Shown piece after piece: positions 9,801 through 17,316 of a stretch of DNA of 64,000 bases (the stretch's first letter is position 1; each line of letters begins with the position of its first letter). The DNA is from Candidatus Latescibacterota bacterium (lineage in GTDB: Bacteria > Latescibacterota > UBA2968 > GCA-2709665), in assembly GCA_965116875.1 (NCBI GenBank), contig OZ220733.1, positions 32,001 to 96,000 on the forward strand. Direction: 5' to 3'. Made by a program: the position numbers and the translations under genes. A model generated the notes under the pieces. The model did no database searches, was not told the origin of the DNA, and worked only from the letters and a program-made list of their open reading frames with translations.

Positions 9801-9927
9801 CGCGGTCGTAGTCGTCCCAGACCATCCAGAGTACGGAAAGAACCAGCACCACGCTGGACAGGGCGAAGATCATGTTCATTTTGTCTACATTGTAGACGAA
9901 GTCTATGAAGCGCTTCGGCTCATTCAT
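6874..9927 (-). CDS. Membrane-anchored octaheme cytochrome c (cytochrome c subunit of the Rieske/b complex)
   Basis: 8 CxxCH motifs (CTTCH, CTTCH, CAQCH, CAGCH, CKACH, CYGCH, CKGCH, CFTCH); N-terminal TM helix and long coiled coil. Confidence 0.9.
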   Translation of the reverse strand: MNEPKRFIDFVYNVDKMNMIFALSSVVLVLSVLWMVWDDYDREWKGIQKEAMALEAYKTEADIKLAQQNVDQDAFTAVEEELKGIEAAIQAHQDRFDAATDELKRLTQAEWYSADQKLKFEKAQYDVVKFEYEDAAKAGHDDTAAKKKAEMEAMDARIYEFRLAREAVEEKQAAQQKFIDEVAGQRQALESRRRTLRKDEENLRRKLTGLVPSFPNVFRNLPMVDFIDPSIKVRQVVLADLRNELNFTRVPRVDRCTTCHVNIDRPGYELDPESGWFRDETLRAYMETVYADDDVRLGRTRAFSTHPRLDLFLSSGSPHPIDESGCTTCHLGRDRGVTFKNTAHTPSDDVEAARWKKLYGWKKMKYWDHPMLPGRYVEATCAQCHAGVVDVPEADRLNRGIHLVRTLGCAGCHKIAKHTLQDLRRVGPDLRKAAGKLDRDWTIKWVRDPKGFRPSTKMPKIFDLANVSGPEDIARNTAAVNAVVTYIFDKSERPEYPSPPVQGDAGRGERLVGMVGCKACHVVGANDMLGQEYGLRNFGPNLNDVGSKLSPGWLFAWLKDPTAYFPDTRMPNLRLTDREAADITAYLLTLRNTEFEARQAAPVDPRVRDDLVLNYLRGRLPVKTANERLAQMSGHERDIWLGEKIISRQGCYGCHLIQGFEDAQPIGTELTEEGSKDVDKLDFGLLAKKPGSYNTDPDAIPYTRHDWFYKKLKQPRVFDKGKVKLFDDKLRMPQFGLSDDDAHAVTTALLSMNRSQAGTDAIKRLSPDEVDIEKGRWLAYDRNCKGCHVVENQGGAIQDPLVRAYGAEDVSAADAVGFVPPSLNGEGRKVQPDWFFAFLKNVQPIRPWLEVRMPTFGFEDQQAIDLVTYFSRLDKEQFPYATFVHKRLSSRELSGAKKLFSADIYNCFTCHQQGDIKPTGDPASWAPDLKLGRERLKPAWIRDWLWDPQKLQPGTKMPTFFGDEMTYLPEEMAAYLNLPEGVKPEDGLLVLPTDVVIRALTDYIIHGLHQGSRLTSR

Positions 9928-10039
9928 CGGACGGCTCCAGGGAGGCAGCGCACACCCGAACACCGGACGTGCAACGCCACAAACCCCTTCACTTAATGCA
10001 CACGTTGCTGCGGCGGCGCCGGAGAATCAAAAAGGACCC

Positions 10040-11116
10040 TCAGATATTGAAGAAATACTCTGGAATGGCGACGATGTATTTCAGGTTGAACAGCCAGCGA
10101 AGCAGCATCTTGATGGGGAGGGCGACCATGCAGAGGAAGAACAGTATCATCACGCTGTAGCGCGCGAATCCCATGGTCTTGTAGAATTCCTTGAACACCG
10201 TTTGCGCAAGTACAGGCGGCGGCACCAGAAAGTACAGGATAACCAGCAGGAACCCCCATATCTCGCGCGTCAACCAGAAGGATGGCAATCCCGTGCCCAG
10301 CCACTGGACGTAGATGTATTCGGACAGATTGACATTGACCAGCGCTTCCAGCTTGTGCACGTCCCAGAATTCGTACGGTCCGAAAAAGTTCCAGTTCGGG
10401 CCGCGCAGAAACGTGCCGATCATGATCAGAACCACCCACAGCACCACAAAGCCGAATAGAAAGACCGTAATGGCGAACCGGCGTTCCCTGAACGTGTAGT
10501 AGCCGAGCCCCTTGGGATTCCGGTCCATATATGGAATGGCCATGAGACCCACGATGACAAGCGTGGGCAGGACGACCCCGGCGATCCATGGATCGTAATA
10601 CACGAGCATTTCCTGAAGTCCCAGGAAATACCAGGGCGCCTTGGAAGGATTGGGGGTTTTCGCGGGGTTGGCCGGCTCTTCGATGGGCGCCTTGATGATC
10701 ACGGACCAGAGAATCAGGAAGACCGTGGCAAGGGTCAGACAGATCAACTCCGTGTACACCAGATGGGGCCACGTCAGGACCTTTTCCTTGAATTCGGCCT
10801 TCTCGATCGGCCCTTCGCCCCGTGCGATCCGTTCATCGTTGTCGTATCCCTGTTTCAGGCTGTACCAGACAAAGAACCCCACCAGGAACAGCAGCATGAC
10901 AATGGGAATATTGTCTCCCTTGGTCACGATGATGCGAAAATTCTCATCCTGAAAACTTACGATGAAGAATACGATCGAGGCGATCAGGGCGGGGAGGCCG
11001 AACCGGACCGTCCATACCCAGCGGGTCCGCAAGGCGAGAATGAAGAGAACGGCAAACAACGGCATGAAATATTCAGGCGTGAGAAGCCAGTTGACGAAGC
11101 CTTTCAGAACGTCCAT
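10040..11116 (-). CDS. Cytochrome b C-terminal / subunit IV (PetD-like) with extra TM helices
   Basis: TWPHLV...EEPANPAKTPNPSKAPWYFLGLQE (PEWY-loop variant), PYMDRNP; directly after cytochrome b6. Confidence 0.85.
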   Translation of the reverse strand: MDVLKGFVNWLLTPEYFMPLFAVLFILALRTRWVWTVRFGLPALIASIVFFIVSFQDENFRIIVTKGDNIPIVMLLFLVGFFVWYSLKQGYDNDERIARGEGPIEKAEFKEKVLTWPHLVYTELICLTLATVFLILWSVIIKAPIEEPANPAKTPNPSKAPWYFLGLQEMLVYYDPWIAGVVLPTLVIVGLMAIPYMDRNPKGLGYYTFRERRFAITVFLFGFVVLWVVLIMIGTFLRGPNWNFFGPYEFWDVHKLEALVNVNLSEYIYVQWLGTGLPSFWLTREIWGFLLVILYFLVPPPVLAQTVFKEFYKTMGFARYSVMILFFLCMVALPIKMLLRWLFNLKYIVAIPEYFFNI

Positions 11117-11161
11117 CGTCTTCCTCGAAGATTCCCCGGATCGGCCGGACCGGGGACGCTG

Positions 11162-11947
11162 CTACATTGGACCGGAAATCCCTCCGTCCTTTCGGACCCG
11201 CCAGAAGTGGACCGCCATGAGCACAGCCGCAACGAACGGGATGAACAGACAGTGAAGGACGTAAAACCTCAGCAGCGCGCCTTCCCCGACGAACCGCCCC
11301 CCCAACAGCGCGAATCGGGCGTCGTCGCCGGCGTGTACAAGATTGATGTCGCCAAGCACAAGAAACGCCGCGCCGGGCCCCTCGTGACCAAGAAACGGGG
11401 TTGCCCGCGCCATATTCGATCCGACCGTAATCGCCCAGATGGCGAGCTGATCCCAGGGCAACAGGTACCCGGTAAAGCTCAACAGCAGCGTCAGGAGAAG
11501 TAGAATGACCCCGATCGCCCAGTTGAATTCCCGGGGAGGTTTGTAGGAACCCGTCATAAACACGCGCAACATGTGCAGCCAGACGGTAATCACCATGGCG
11601 TGGGCGCCCCACCGGTGGATTTCCCGCATGATTCCCAGCGGCACCTGTTCGCCCAGGTCGATAATGTCCGTATAGGCGTATTCGAGCGTGGGCCGATAGT
11701 AGAACATGAGCAGAATGCCGGTTATGGTCTCGATCAGAAATATAAAAAAGGTGAGCCCACCCATGCACCACGTGTAGCGCACCCTGATTCCCGACTTCGG
11801 GGTCCGAACGGGATGAAGATGCAGGAAGACGTTCGTCAATACCACCTGCGCCCGGCCGCGCTCGTCTCTCGGCACGTCGTGCCGGAAGATGGACTTCCAT
11901 ATTTGAGAGCGTTTCGTCCTGTCCAGCAGGCCGGAAATCCTCGGCAT
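11162..11947 (-). CDS. Cytochrome b6-type N-terminal cytochrome b (PetB/QcrB-like)
   Basis: [37 protein letters not shown] and LRFYVLH motifs. Confidence 0.93.
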   Translation of the reverse strand: MPRISGLLDRTKRSQIWKSIFRHDVPRDERGRAQVVLTNVFLHLHPVRTPKSGIRVRYTWCMGGLTFFIFLIETITGILLMFYYRPTLEYAYTDIIDLGEQVPLGIMREIHRWGAHAMVITVWLHMLRVFMTGSYKPPREFNWAIGVILLLLTLLLSFTGYLLPWDQLAIWAITVGSNMARATPFLGHEGPGAAFLVLGDINLVHAGDDARFALLGGRFVGEGALLRFYVLHCLFIPFVAAVLMAVHFWRVRKDGGISGPM

Positions 11948-12003
11948 ACCGTATTCTCCAAGAGTAAACCGCTATTGTACCGCCATATTGAATTTGACTA
12001 TAA

Positions 12004-12028
12004 CGGCCCGTTGAAAAGGTCCATCCGG
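12004..12028. repeat. MITE family A left-end remnant
   Basis: CGGCCCGTTGAAAAGGTCCATCCGG is 23/25 identical to the family A end CAGCCCGTTGAAAAAGTCCATCCGG. Confidence 0.65.
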
Positions 12029-12029
12029 A

Positions 12030-12977
12030 TCAGATCCGCAAAAAGGACTCCGGGTTGTCCCAGTGCCCTTTCTCGTACTGGAATTTCCGTGTCTTGTCCA
12101 CCAGTACCTGCCCGTCTTCGGCCAGGACGATGCGCGCCCTTTCCAGCGGACGTGGCGCGGGACCCTCGAAATTGATGCCAGACATATAAAAGCCGCTGCC
12201 GTGACACGGACATTTGAATTTCTGTTCGTTACCCAGCCAGTTGGGCGTACAACCCAGATGCGTGCAGACCGAAATGAGCGCGAACATGTCCTGTGTGGAC
12301 TTGACGATCCAGACGCTGAACTTGTCTTTCCACCGTTCGTCCACGCCCAGGTCGTAGTCTTCCGCAAACCCGATCTTGAAAGACTGAGGGGGCTCGAACA
12401 GCACATTCGGAAACAGAAAACGCCCGAATCCCAGGAGACCCGCCGCTGACGCGGCCGCAAAAGACGCCCAGGCCAGTGTCAGCCAGGTAAAAAACCCGCG
12501 GCGGGTGGTCATGCCGCCCTCGGCGACGGCTTGCGTCCGTTCCGGCCCGGGGCGGATTGCGGGCGGGGCCGGAGACGTCTGAACGATTACGCGCTCCGCG
12601 GCCGGCTCGTCGGTTTTCTGCGTCAACGCGCGAGCCGCGGCGGCCCGTTCCGCGGTGGACGCGGCCTTTTTGGCCGGCGCGGCGGACGGCGCCGATTTGC
12701 CGCCCCCGCGCGCCTTGCGCATCAATTCGGCCTTCGCCTTGGCGCGGGCGACGCGGTCCTGAATCTCGTCCAGGGACGAGAGATCCACTTCGGCGGCCCC
12801 GGAACCGTCTCCCGATTCCTCAGGGGCGCCCGCGGAAGCTCCGCCGGCCGGCGCCGCCGGGGCTTCACCCGCTGCAGCCTCACGGGCCTTTCGCAACGCC
12901 TCTGCTTTGGCCTTTGCCCTGGCTACCCGATCAGGGATTTCGTCAAATTCCGAAAGATCGATCTTCTCTTCCGACAT
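12030..12977 (-). CDS. Rieske [2Fe-2S] subunit with long repeat-bearing N-terminal extension
   Basis: CTHLGC and CPCHGS boxes, GPAPRPL, internal Tat anchor TRRGFF followed by a TM helix. Confidence 0.93.
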   Translation of the reverse strand: MSEEKIDLSEFDEIPDRVARAKAKAEALRKAREAAAGEAPAAPAGGASAGAPEESGDGSGAAEVDLSSLDEIQDRVARAKAKAELMRKARGGGKSAPSAAPAKKAASTAERAAAARALTQKTDEPAAERVIVQTSPAPPAIRPGPERTQAVAEGGMTTRRGFFTWLTLAWASFAAASAAGLLGFGRFLFPNVLFEPPQSFKIGFAEDYDLGVDERWKDKFSVWIVKSTQDMFALISVCTHLGCTPNWLGNEQKFKCPCHGSGFYMSGINFEGPAPRPLERARIVLAEDGQVLVDKTRKFQYEKGHWDNPESFLRI

Positions 12978-13100
12978 GGCATACCCCGGAAACCGGCCTG
13001 GCGGTCTCGGATCGGAAATTTGTCAGCTATGGATAATATGCGATATAAGTTAAAAAAATACCGGAAATTGCATCATTTACGACGCGGAAGACACCGCGCC

Positions 13101-13129
13101 AATATATCCAAACCACCCCGGAATGTCAA
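13101..13129 (-). promoter_or_regulatory. Sigma-70 promoter of the respiratory operon
   Basis: TTGACA-17 bp-TATATT on the - strand, upstream of the Rieske gene. Confidence 0.7.
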
Positions 13130-13235
13130 GCGGGATTTTCTCCAGATTCGCTTCTTCCGGATCCAAGGAAAAAGGGACCCGAAAAGCGCCCGATCGGGCC
13201 GGATCCCCCATTGAAATTCCGTCGATTCCTGCCGT

Positions 13236-14144
13236 TCATTTCTCTTCCCAGCCATTCAGCACTTCAATCGCCGCCTGTCGGACCCGCAGGTCCGGGTCCT
13301 GATTGCGCAGCCTCTGCAGCGAGGGGGCCAGCGACGCCGCGTTGAGAATACCCACCGCCCTGATCGCTTCGACCAGGATATTCCGCCTCCCCTCTCCGCT
13401 TATCCGGTCGAACCCTTCGAGGTATCCGGGGCTCAGTATCTCTCCCAGCACCTCCAGGCCCGCGCTGTTTCCCGCTCCGGCCAATTGCAGGGCGGCGTTC
13501 CAGCGAACATCGGGCGCACGGTCGTGAAGCGCTCGCTCCAGCGCGGGTGGCGCCCGGGGATCGTCCAGTCCGCCAAGGGCGTATACTGCGGCCTTGCGCA
13601 ATCCCGCATCGTCGTTCGACGCGATCCGGATCAGGTGCGGCACGGCGTCCGGGTTATCCTGCGCCCGGAGCGAAAACATCGCATTGATCCGTGTTTCGTC
13701 GTCGGGGTCGTCCAGCGCGGCGATCAGAACGCCGACGAGTTCGGGATCCCGTACCCTTCCCATGGCCGCGGCCAGAAAGCGCCTGACGCGAGGGTCGTCC
13801 GAACGGGAAGCCTCGAACACGCGGATCAACTCTCCAACGAACCTGCGGCCAATCCGTCCTTCGCGCTGCTCCTGGTCCAGCACGGTGGCCAGTTCGTACG
13901 CGGCCTGCCACCTGCTGTTGATCCCGCCCACCCGAATCGTATTGAGATAGTCCTCCGCCGTTTTTCGCTCGACCGTCAACAAACCCAATCCCAGATAGAT
14001 CGCGAGCCCGACCAGAATGATCGCCACGGGAAAAATGACGAACTGCGAGACCAGTCTCGCCCGCGAGACGTCCGCGTCCGAAACCGGGGCGGTGGCGTCT
14101 TCGGCGATTTTTCTGAGTTCCTCATCGGGAGTCGGTTGGTCCAT
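13236..14144 (-). CDS. Membrane-anchored HEAT-repeat protein
   Basis: N-terminal TM helix, then repeats such as DDPRVRRFLAAAMG, DDAGLRKAAVYALG, APDVRWNAALQL, DPDLRVRQAA. Confidence 0.85.
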   Translation of the reverse strand: MDQPTPDEELRKIAEDATAPVSDADVSRARLVSQFVIFPVAIILVGLAIYLGLGLLTVERKTAEDYLNTIRVGGINSRWQAAYELATVLDQEQREGRIGRRFVGELIRVFEASRSDDPRVRRFLAAAMGRVRDPELVGVLIAALDDPDDETRINAMFSLRAQDNPDAVPHLIRIASNDDAGLRKAAVYALGGLDDPRAPPALERALHDRAPDVRWNAALQLAGAGNSAGLEVLGEILSPGYLEGFDRISGEGRRNILVEAIRAVGILNAASLAPSLQRLRNQDPDLRVRQAAIEVLNGWEEK

Positions 14145-14212
14145 GCAACAACCTCTGTCTCGAAAAATGACTGATGTTTCTCTTCAGGCCAATCCGAAAG
14201 TACACGAGGTCC

Positions 14213-14242
14213 AATATAACCAGAGGCCGCACACGCTGTCAA
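14213..14242 (-). promoter_or_regulatory. Putative sigma-70 promoter for the HEAT gene
   Basis: TTGACA-18 bp-TATATT on the - strand. Confidence 0.5.
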
Positions 14243-14282
14243 GATCGGTGTCCCGTCACGAAGTTTGCTCCGGCCCGGCCTT

Positions 14283-14345
14283 CCGCCTTGACCGCCGCTT
14301 TTTCGCTCGCGCCCGGGAACTCACCGGTAATTTTAAAACAACCTC
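14283..14345. repeat. MITE family B right-end fragment
   Basis: Near-identical to 45600-45662 (CGCCTTGACCGCC...GGGAACTCACCGGTAATTTTAAAACAACCTC), also followed by TTA. Confidence 0.75.
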
Positions 14346-14352
14346 TTACTCC

Positions 14353-14381
14353 TTGACAACCCGCGGGAAAGACCTTATTTT
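14353..14381 (+). promoter_or_regulatory. Putative sigma-70 promoter for the ferredoxin gene
   Basis: TTGACA-17 bp-TATTTT. Confidence 0.5.
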
Positions 14382-14440
14382 AGCCCTGAATCATCACGCG
14401 AAACGCAAGCACATAGCGCACCACAGGAGATCGCGGCACA

Positions 14441-15175
14441 ATGAACGTCGACCTTACCCAGTTCGATCATATTTCCGATCGCGTGGCGCGGGCCAGGGCC
14501 AAGGCCGAGGCCATGCGGAAAGCCAAAGAAGGCGCCGGCGACGCCGATGAGGCCGCGCCCGATGCTGCCGGCGCGGAGCTGGAAGCCGCCGCCGCTCCCG
14601 TTGAAGTCGAAGCGGAGCCGGCCGGCCTGACCATACTGGAGTTCAGGCCCGGAATCCATTTCAAGTTGAACGGACGGGCCGGGCGCACAGTGGGCATCCG
14701 TTACGACATGGTCAGTTTCGTCTACGACGACGACCCCGACCAGCTCGTGACCGCGGACCGTTATCGCCTCAGCCACGCCCACGCCGAGGGCACGCTGGAA
14801 TTCGCCCCGAAGTCAGAGGTCTACCGTCCGGAGCGCGTCTCGAGAAAAGAACGCGTCGATTACCACGAACACCTCTGGCTGGAGTCCCGCTCCGGCATGA
14901 CGGCCAAGAAGAAACGGCCGCGGCATATCGCCATTATCAATCCGGACTATTGCACCGGCTGCAATGCATGCATCGAAGTCTGCCCGACGGACTGCATCGA
15001 GGAAGTCGACGTGGCCGACGCGGGGCTGGACGGTATCGGCACGTTCTGCGAAGTCCGCCTGGAAGACTGTATCGGCTGCATTCAATGCGTGCATATCTGC
15101 CCGTGGGAAGCCATCGAAATGGTGGATACCCAGCAGGTTGAAGAGGCATACGGTATCCCCGCAGGGACGTTGTAG
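14441..15175 (+). CDS. 2x[4Fe-4S] dicluster ferredoxin-domain protein with N-terminal extension
   Basis: CTGCNACIEVCP and CIGCIQCVHICP motifs; N-terminal motif shared with the Rieske protein. Confidence 0.88.
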   Translation: MNVDLTQFDHISDRVARARAKAEAMRKAKEGAGDADEAAPDAAGAELEAAAAPVEVEAEPAGLTILEFRPGIHFKLNGRAGRTVGIRYDMVSFVYDDDPDQLVTADRYRLSHAHAEGTLEFAPKSEVYRPERVSRKERVDYHEHLWLESRSGMTAKKKRPRHIAIINPDYCTGCNACIEVCPTDCIEEVDVADAGLDGIGTFCEVRLEDCIGCIQCVHICPWEAIEMVDTQQVEEAYGIPAGTL

Positions 15176-15201
15176 TCCACGAACGTCCATGAATCAAATG
15201 G

Positions 15202-15237
15202 AAGAGCGTCAACCGGATCCGGTTGACGCTCTTTTTT
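15202..15237 (+). terminator. Rho-independent terminator
   Basis: AAGAGCGTCAACCGG-AT-CCGGTTGACGCTCTT followed by a T run, between convergent genes. Confidence 0.8.
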
Positions 15238-15268
15238 CGTGTCCGGGCTGCCGGTTCTCTCTAGCCCG

Positions 15269-16237
15269 TCAGCCGTCGCAGGATGACAGCAATTCGCCGA
15301 CGCGACGCATGTCCTTCGGCAGCTCCGCGCGGAACTCGAGCACCTTGTCCGTGACCGGATGGACGAATCCGAGCGTCCCGGCGTGCAACATCTGCCGGTT
15401 CGCCAGATTCAGGACCGCCCTGGCCACATTCCGGAGGGACGGCGAAATGCCTCGAATTCGTTTCGCGCTTCCTCCGTACACGGCATCGCCCAGGACCGGA
15501 TGGCCGATATGGGAGAGGTGGACGCGAATCTGATGGGTTCGCCCGGTCTCCAGACTCAAATCCAGTGTGGACGCGAATCCATGGAACGCTTTCGCTACGT
15601 ACCGGGTAACGGCCCGGCGCCCGCCGGTATCCACCACGGCCATGCGCCTGCGGTCTGCCGGACTCCGGCCGATGGCCGCCTCAATGCGGCCGCTTTCCGT
15701 TTTAGGCTGCCCCCATACGAAGGCCGAATAACGCCTTACCACCGTCCGTGACTCGAGTTGCGAGGCAAGCCCGCGATGCGCCGCGTCGTCCTTGGCCACC
15801 ATCAGCAGGCCCGAGGTTTCTCTGTCCAGCCGGTGGACGATTCCGGGACGCAGTACGCCGTTGATTCCGGAAAGACCGTCGCAATGGGCAAGCAGACCGT
15901 TCACCAGCGTACCCGACCGCATGCTGCCCGTCGGGTGCACCACCATGCCCGCAGGCTTGTTCACGACAAGCAGATGCGCGTCCTCGAAAAAAACATCCAG
16001 AGGAATGCGCTCCGGATCGAGTCCGGCGGGCTCGGGAGCCGGAAGACGAACCACGATCTTTTCGCCGGCCGATACCCTGTAGCTGGATCGAACCCGTCTG
16101 CCGGTTACGAGTACTCCCCCCGAGGCGATCAACGCCTGGATTCTGGACCGGGAGAGCGGTTCGCAGACGTCAGCCAGCATCCTGTCGAGTCGAGCGCCCG
16201 CGTGTTCCGGAAGGACGGTAGTTTCAAACTGCCTCAT
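15269..16237 (-). CDS. rluD: RluA-family pseudouridine synthase (RluD)
   Basis: S4 domain, VNKPAGMVVHP, GIVHRLDRETSG and TGRTHQIRVH motifs. Confidence 0.93.
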   Translation of the reverse strand: MRQFETTVLPEHAGARLDRMLADVCEPLSRSRIQALIASGGVLVTGRRVRSSYRVSAGEKIVVRLPAPEPAGLDPERIPLDVFFEDAHLLVVNKPAGMVVHPTGSMRSGTLVNGLLAHCDGLSGINGVLRPGIVHRLDRETSGLLMVAKDDAAHRGLASQLESRTVVRRYSAFVWGQPKTESGRIEAAIGRSPADRRRMAVVDTGGRRAVTRYVAKAFHGFASTLDLSLETGRTHQIRVHLSHIGHPVLGDAVYGGSAKRIRGISPSLRNVARAVLNLANRQMLHAGTLGFVHPVTDKVLEFRAELPKDMRRVGELLSSCDG

Positions 16238-16688
16238 CCTTTCCGCCCTTGAGTATACCACAGCCAAGAATCAACAACACGGCGCCAACCGTGACGGCGG
16301 CGTCGGCGACGTTGAACACCCACCAACGAACGGACCCGATTCCGAAATCCAGAAAATCAATCACCGCGCTGAAGCGGATCCGGTCGATGACATTGCCAAT
16401 GGCGCCGCCCAGCACGAGCGCCAGACCGGCCGCTGCCAACCGCTCATGGGGCGGCAGGCGAAGCCACATCACCGCCACCAGAATCAACGCCACTCCGGCG
16501 AATACCAGATGCGCGACGTTTCCACCCAGCCTCAGCCCGAACACGGCGCCCGGGTTCTGAATGTAGGTCAACCTGAAAAACGAGCCCAATACCGGAATCG
16601 AGTCACCGAGCATCATCGATTCCACGACCATCCGCTTTGACACCTGGTCCAGTAAAAGGACGACACCCGAAATCCAGAGGCTCCGCAC
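16224..16688 (-). CDS. lspA: Lipoprotein signal peptidase II
   Basis: NPGAVFG, GAIGNVIDR, VIDFLD and FNVADA motifs. Confidence 0.95.
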   Translation of the reverse strand: MRSLWISGVVLLLDQVSKRMVVESMMLGDSIPVLGSFFRLTYIQNPGAVFGLRLGGNVAHLVFAGVALILVAVMWLRLPPHERLAAAGLALVLGGAIGNVIDRIRFSAVIDFLDFGIGSVRWWVFNVADAAVTVGAVLLILGCGILKGGKDEAV

Positions 16689-16731
16689 ATCGCCTCCCGT
16701 GGCAACGGATCGCTTGAGCCCGTTGGCCTGA

Positions 16732-16807
16732 CAGCCCGTTGGAAAAGTCCATCCGGGCTACCTGCCTGCTGCAGGCATGCCTTCAGAGCGACTTTATCAA
16801 CGGACTG
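16732..16807. mobile_element. MITE family A, shortest two-ended copy (76 bp)
   Basis: CAGCCCGTTGGAAAAGTCCATCCGGGCTAC ... CAGAGCGACTTTATCAACGGACTG. Confidence 0.8.
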
Positions 16808-16827
16808 ATAAACGTGCAGCATTCGAA

Positions 16828-17211
16828 TTACGTGGCGCGAGTACCCCGCCGTTGTTCGTCTTCTTTGCAGGGTACGCAGAGCCGGGTTGTGGGTACGGCT
16901 TCAAGACGCGCTTTCGGGATCGCCTTTTCGCAGACCCTGCACGCTCCAAACGTCCCGCGCCTGATGCGCTCAAGCGCGTCCTCCACCTGCGTCAGATACG
17001 CGCCGTCGCGCGATGCGAAAAGGAACGCCTTCTCCCGCTCGATCGAATCGCTGCCCAGTTCCGGCATGTGATCCGAATAAATCTGCCCTCCCGACGCCTC
17101 TTCGGAGGTCGCGTGCATGGACCGCTGCTCGAGCATCCCCAGATCTTCAACGATGGACAACCGCTTCTTTTCCAGGATGTCCCGAAAGTATTCCAGATCT
17201 TTCTCGTTCAT
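16828..17211 (-). CDS. TraR/DksA C4 zinc-finger protein
   Basis: Coiled coil plus CRVC...IPKARLEAVP...CVPC; start at MNEKDL. Confidence 0.9.
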   Translation of the reverse strand: MNEKDLEYFRDILEKKRLSIVEDLGMLEQRSMHATSEEASGGQIYSDHMPELGSDSIEREKAFLFASRDGAYLTQVEDALERIRRGTFGACRVCEKAIPKARLEAVPTTRLCVPCKEDEQRRGTRAT

Positions 17212-17316
17212 CGACCTCTCCGCCTGTCGGTTCGAACTGCGTACACGAACCCGATGCCGCCGCCTTCCTGCCAGCATGAGGCCCGGAACGCATATTGCAC
17301 CAATGCTCTGCGAGCG

